From Terrimicrobiaceae bacterium (GTDB lineage: Bacteria > Verrucomicrobiota > Verrucomicrobiia > Chthoniobacterales > Terrimicrobiaceae), in the NCBI GenBank assembly GCA_041752695.1, contig JBGSVZ010000122.1, positions 1 to 19,107 on the forward strand: a stretch of DNA of 19,107 bases. The letters run 5' to 3'. The notes beneath the pieces were generated by a model. The model made no database searches and was not told the DNA's origin. It saw only the letters and a program-made list of their open reading frames with translations. The position numbers and the translations under genes are program-made. The stretch's first letter is position 1, and each line of letters begins with the position of its first letter. Shown here one piece after another: positions 15,440 to 19,107 of the stretch.

Positions 15440-17962
15440 CTACAGCAAATCCAACTGACCCAGGCCGGCGCGGATGGCGGCTTTTTTCTTCCGGCTTTTG
15501 GCGATGACGGGTTCGCCTTCGGCGTTGAGTTCGGCTTTTTCCAGGTTGTTGAGGATTTCCTTGGCGCGGTGCAGGACGCTGTCGGGCAGGCCGGCAAGTC
15601 TCGCGACCTGGATGCCGTAGCTCTGGTCGGCGCGGCCGGGGAGGATTTTTCGGAGGAAGATGACTTGGTCATTCCATTCGCGCACGGCGACGTTGAGGTT
15701 GGTGATGCCCGATTTGGTGCGCTCCAGATCGGTGATCTCGTGGTAATGCGTCGCAAAAAGCGTGCGGCAGCCGATTTCGTCGTGGAGATGTTCCGCCACG
15801 CTCCAGGCGATACTGAGGCCGTCGAACGTCGAAGTGCCGCGGCCGATTTCGTCGAGGATGACGAGACTTTTGGCCGTGGCGTTGTTGAGAATATTGGCCG
15901 TCTCGTTCATCTCAACCATGAAGGTGGACTGGCCTTTCGAGAGATCGTCGTTGGCCCCGACGCGGGTGAAAATGCGGTCGGTGATGCCAACGCGAGCGCT
16001 GGCCGCGGGGAGGGAACTGCCCATTTGTGCCATGAGGGTCAGCAAGGCGACCTGCCGGATGTAGGTGGATTTTCCCGCCATGTTCGGGCCGGTGATGATG
16101 GCGAACTTTTTGGTGTCGGCATCGAGTTCGGTGTCGTTCGGGACGAACCGTTCGCTGGTCGTCTGCTGGTCCAGCACGGGATGTCGGCCTTCGGTGATTT
16201 CGAGCACGCCCGAATCGTCGATGACGGGGCGGCAGTAGTGAAATTGGCGGGCGGTTTCGGCGAGGGAGCCGAGGGCGTCGAGGGCAGCGAGGGAGGAGGC
16301 GGTTTCCTGGATGGCGGCGAGTTCGGCCAGGGCGCGGGCGCGGAGGTCGTGAAAAAGCTCGATCTCGCGGGCCTTGGCGCGTTCGTCGGCCCCAAGGATC
16401 TTGCCTTCGATTTCCTTGAGTTCGGGCGTGATGAAACGCTCGCCGTTAACGGTGGTTTGTTTGCGGATGTAGTCGGCGGGAACGGATGGCAGGTTCGCCT
16501 TGGTGATCTCGATGAAATACCCGAAGACCGAGGTGAAACGGACCTTGAGCGACTTGATGCCGGTGCGCAGAATTTCTTTTTCTTGCAAGGCGGCGATCCA
16601 ATCCTTGCCTTCGCGTGAGGCGGCGTGGAGTTCGTCGAGCGCGGGGTCGAAACCGTCGCGGATGAAGTTTCCGTCCCGGACCAAGGCGGGAGGTTCGTCC
16701 ACGATGGCGCGGGCGAGGGTTTCCACCAACTCGGGGAGGGCGTGGAGTTTGGCGGCAAGGGTGGTGAAAAGTTCGTGGCCGGGACGGGGGCCTTCCGCGG
16801 AGACATCGATGGAAGGACGGTTCGGAGATCCATCCGCCCCGATGATGGTCTGCACGCAATCGGTCACGCCGGGGACGAGGGCGAGGGAGCTGGTAAGGGC
16901 GGAAAGGTCGCGGGCGTTGCCGGACGTGCCGTTGAGGCGGGAGACAGCACGCTCAAGGTCGCGGATCTCGGCGAGGTGCTCGCGGAGTTTGCCAAGAAGG
17001 AGGGAGTCTTCCAACAGGCGGGCGATGGCGTTTTGGCGCGCCACGATCGGGGCGACTTCGCAGAGCGGATGCAGCACCCATTCCCGCATCAACCGCGCCC
17101 CCATCGGGGTGACGGTGCGGTCGAGCGCGCTGAGCAGGGTCATGGTTTTCCCGGCGCGGGATTGGACGAGCTCCAGGTGCGACTGACTGGCGGCGTCGAG
17201 GACGAGGAACTGACTCGCGCGATAAGGCTGGAGGCGGCGCAGGTGCGAGGCATTGCGGCGCATCTGGCGAGTCAGGTAGTGGAGCAGTGCCCCGGCGGCT
17301 CCGATCGCGGCAGGCAGATCCTCGCAGCCGAAGCCGTCGAGCGAGTGAACCTTAAAATGTTCGCGCAGCAACTCGCCGGCGGGGTCGGGTTCGAAAATGT
17401 AGCCGTCGAGGAAGTTCAGGCCGGGGACAGCGGCGAGGTCGGCGTTTTCCGGGGCGATGGTTTCGGCGGGGGAGATGCGCGCGAGTTCGTCCACGAGGGT
17501 CTCAGGGGAGGCAACTTCGGTGAGGCGGAACTCGCCGGTGCTGAGTTCGCAGAAGGCGAGGCCGATGGAGCCGTTGCGGGGATAAACGGCGGCGAGGTAG
17601 TTGGGTTTGCGGTCGTCGAGGCCGAAGTCGTCGAGGGTGCCGGCGCTGATAATTTGACTGAGCTCGCGGCGCACGAGTTTGCCCGCCTGGACTTCGCCGA
17701 CCTGATCACCAATAGCCACGCGCCATCCGGCATTAACGAGCTTTTCAATATACCCGCGGGCGGCGTGAAAGGGCACGCCACACATCGGCATCTCGCCGCG
17801 TTTGGTCAGGGCAACATTGATGATGGGGGCGGCGGCTTTGGCGTCGTCACCGAACATCTCATAAAAATCCCCCAGCCGGAAAAGCAGGATGGTCTTGGGG
17901 GGCAGTTCCCGCCGGATGGCGAGATACTGCTTCATCATGGGAGTTTGTTCGCCGTCGCTCAC
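15440..17962 (-). CDS. mutS: DNA mismatch repair protein MutS (MutS1)
   Basis: TPMMKQY, mismatch-binding GDFYEMF, PMCGVP, Walker A GPNMAGKS, STFMVE, Walker B LDEIGRG, FATHYHE, SYGIQVA. C-terminal beta-clamp-type motif QLDLL (15443-15457). GTG start. Confidence 0.98.
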   Translation of the reverse strand: MSDGEQTPMMKQYLAIRRELPPKTILLFRLGDFYEMFGDDAKAAAPIINVALTKRGEMPMCGVPFHAARGYIEKLVNAGWRVAIGDQVGEVQAGKLVRRELSQIISAGTLDDFGLDDRKPNYLAAVYPRNGSIGLAFCELSTGEFRLTEVASPETLVDELARISPAETIAPENADLAAVPGLNFLDGYIFEPDPAGELLREHFKVHSLDGFGCEDLPAAIGAAGALLHYLTRQMRRNASHLRRLQPYRASQFLVLDAASQSHLELVQSRAGKTMTLLSALDRTVTPMGARLMREWVLHPLCEVAPIVARQNAIARLLEDSLLLGKLREHLAEIRDLERAVSRLNGTSGNARDLSALTSSLALVPGVTDCVQTIIGADGSPNRPSIDVSAEGPRPGHELFTTLAAKLHALPELVETLARAIVDEPPALVRDGNFIRDGFDPALDELHAASREGKDWIAALQEKEILRTGIKSLKVRFTSVFGYFIEITKANLPSVPADYIRKQTTVNGERFITPELKEIEGKILGADERAKAREIELFHDLRARALAELAAIQETASSLAALDALGSLAETARQFHYCRPVIDDSGVLEITEGRHPVLDQQTTSERFVPNDTELDADTKKFAIITGPNMAGKSTYIRQVALLTLMAQMGSSLPAASARVGITDRIFTRVGANDDLSKGQSTFMVEMNETANILNNATAKSLVILDEIGRGTSTFDGLSIAWSVAEHLHDEIGCRTLFATHYHEITDLERTKSGITNLNVAVREWNDQVIFLRKILPGRADQSYGIQVARLAGLPDSVLHRAKEILNNLEKAELNAEGEPVIAKSRKKKAAIRAGLGQLDLL

Positions 17963-18027
17963 GGGGTTTTCGGAGATCGCAGTTGGGAGATGGGGGTTTG
18001 GGTTTGGCGCGGGACCACTCGGAATTT

Positions 18028-18112
18028 TTTACAGAAGGGAACTAAGGGAACGAAGAACATCAAGAAATCTGTGCGCCCCGTCCTCTTCGTGATCTTCGTT
18101 TGCTTCTGTGAA
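18028..18112. repeat. Imperfect inverted repeat built from 9-nt-period units (hairpin-forming REP/MITE-like element)
   Basis: Left arm: TTT ACAGAAG GGA ACTAAG GGA ACGAAG A. Right arm reverse-complemented: TTC ACAGAAG CAA ACGAAG ATC ACGAAG A. The arms are separated by about 27 nt. Confidence 0.75.
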
Positions 18113-18123
18113 CAGCTTTGGGC

Positions 18124-18912
18124 TCAGGCGGACTGGGCGAGGAAGGCGGCCAGCGGGCTGGTGGCTTCGGCGTGATCGAGTTGGATGGGCAGGCCGGCTT
18201 CCACGGCTTCGCGGGCGGATTCCACAGCCATCTTAAAAGCGAGGGCCATGCGGATCGGGTCGCGCGCGGCGGCGATGGCGGTGTTGACCAGAACGGCGTC
18301 TGCGCCCATTTCGAGCGCCTCGGCGGCGTGGCTCGGGGCGCCGATGCCGGCGTCGACGATCACGGGAACGGTGGCCTGTTTGATGATGATCTCAATCTGC
18401 GCACGGGTCTCGATGCCGCGGTTGCTGCCGATAGGCGCGCCGAGGGGCATCACGGTGGCGGTGCCGATGTCCTGCAGGCGTTTGGCAAGCACGGGGTCGG
18501 CGTTGATGTAGGGCAGGACGGTGAAACCCTCCTTCACCAGGATCTCGGCGGCCTTGAAGGTTTCGATGGGGTCGGGGAGGAGGTAATGAGGGTCGGGGTG
18601 GATCTCCAGTTTCACCCAGGTTGGCAGTCCGGCGGCGGCGGCGAGGCGGGTGAGGCGGACGGCTTCCTCGGCATTCATCGCACCGCTGGTGTTAGGCAGC
18701 AGAAGGTATTTTTTCGGATCGATGAAATCGAGGATGTTGGCAAAGGGATCGCGTTTGCCGCTGAGGTCGGCGCGACGCAGGGCCACGGTGACGATTTCCG
18801 CACCGCTTGCGTCCAGGGCGCCGCGCATCGTCTCGTTGGACGAAAATTTTCCCGTGCCGAGCAGGAGTCGCGAGGAAAACTCACGTCCGGCAATATTCAA
18901 AAGACCGCTCAT
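18124..18912 (-). CDS. thiG: Thiazole synthase
   Basis: Start set at ATG 18912 ([23 protein letters not shown]). Motifs TVALRR, LPNTSG, WVKLEI (Schiff-base Lys), [43 protein letters not shown]. Confidence 0.97.
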   Translation of the reverse strand: MSGLLNIAGREFSSRLLLGTGKFSSNETMRGALDASGAEIVTVALRRADLSGKRDPFANILDFIDPKKYLLLPNTSGAMNAEEAVRLTRLAAAAGLPTWVKLEIHPDPHYLLPDPIETFKAAEILVKEGFTVLPYINADPVLAKRLQDIGTATVMPLGAPIGSNRGIETRAQIEIIIKQATVPVIVDAGIGAPSHAAEALEMGADAVLVNTAIAAARDPIRMALAFKMAVESAREAVEAGLPIQLDHAEATSPLAAFLAQSA

Positions 18913-18919
18913 CCGGTTC

Positions 18920-18948
18920 GTTTTATCGGCCCGGGGCGCCGGCTGCAA
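18920..18948 (-). promoter_or_regulatory. Possible sigma70-like promoter immediately upstream of thiG
   Basis: Minus strand: TTGCAG, 17 nt, TAAAAC, then 7 nt to the ATG. No Shine-Dalgarno sequence. The -10 lacks the conserved final T. Confidence 0.3.
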
Positions 18949-19107
18949 GCGGGCAGGCTTCAGTTCCAGCAATTCTCATTTTAGGGAAGCGCTGATTAAT
19001 TCACCGAAGCCGGTCGGCATGACCGGAGTGAGGAATTTTCGAAAAAATGGCTACAAGGATCCGGTGCGTGGTGACCGAATCTTCGATAATTGCAGCGATG
19101 TGGTATA

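Noticed and set aside
7367..18112. Short repeats considered as CRISPR array remnants or IS ends
   Set aside because: No 23-50-nt repeats with unique spacers, no cas or transposase genes, and no target-site duplications were identified.
15569..18175. 349-aa and 516-aa plus-strand ORFs
   Set aside because: Antisense shadows of mutS.
19019..19107. Plus-strand frames open to the window end (ATG 19019 or 19047)
   Set aside because: Fewer than 30 codons are visible and there is no recognisable motif, so a gene start cannot be supported.

Overview
GC-rich bacterial chromosome segment; the gene families and repeat styles suggest a PVC-group organism, most likely Verrucomicrobiota (inference only). 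Left, minus strand: a short degenerate ECF-sigma-like gene, a membrane-anchored anti-sigma-like gene, a MoxR AAA+ / DUF58 / transglutaminase (TgpA-like) trio, and the 5' end of an AddB/RexB-like gene missing from the ORF track. Divergent on the plus strand: one ORF fusing an LMW protein phosphatase to serine hydroxymethyltransferase (GlyA), an MFS transporter, and a rhomboid protease with two N-terminal zinc ribbons. Then a large membrane-bound PAS/GAF hybrid histidine kinase (-), two VOC-fold genes (+), mutS (-) and a lone thiG (-). No rRNA, tRNA, CRISPR array, transposase or integrase was recognised. The best leads are the apparent sigma-mimic/anti-sigma pair, the phosphatase-GlyA fusion, a REP-like hairpin translated in frame inside mutS, and short periodic intergenic repeats. 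All family assignments are from motif recognition by eye, not database searches.
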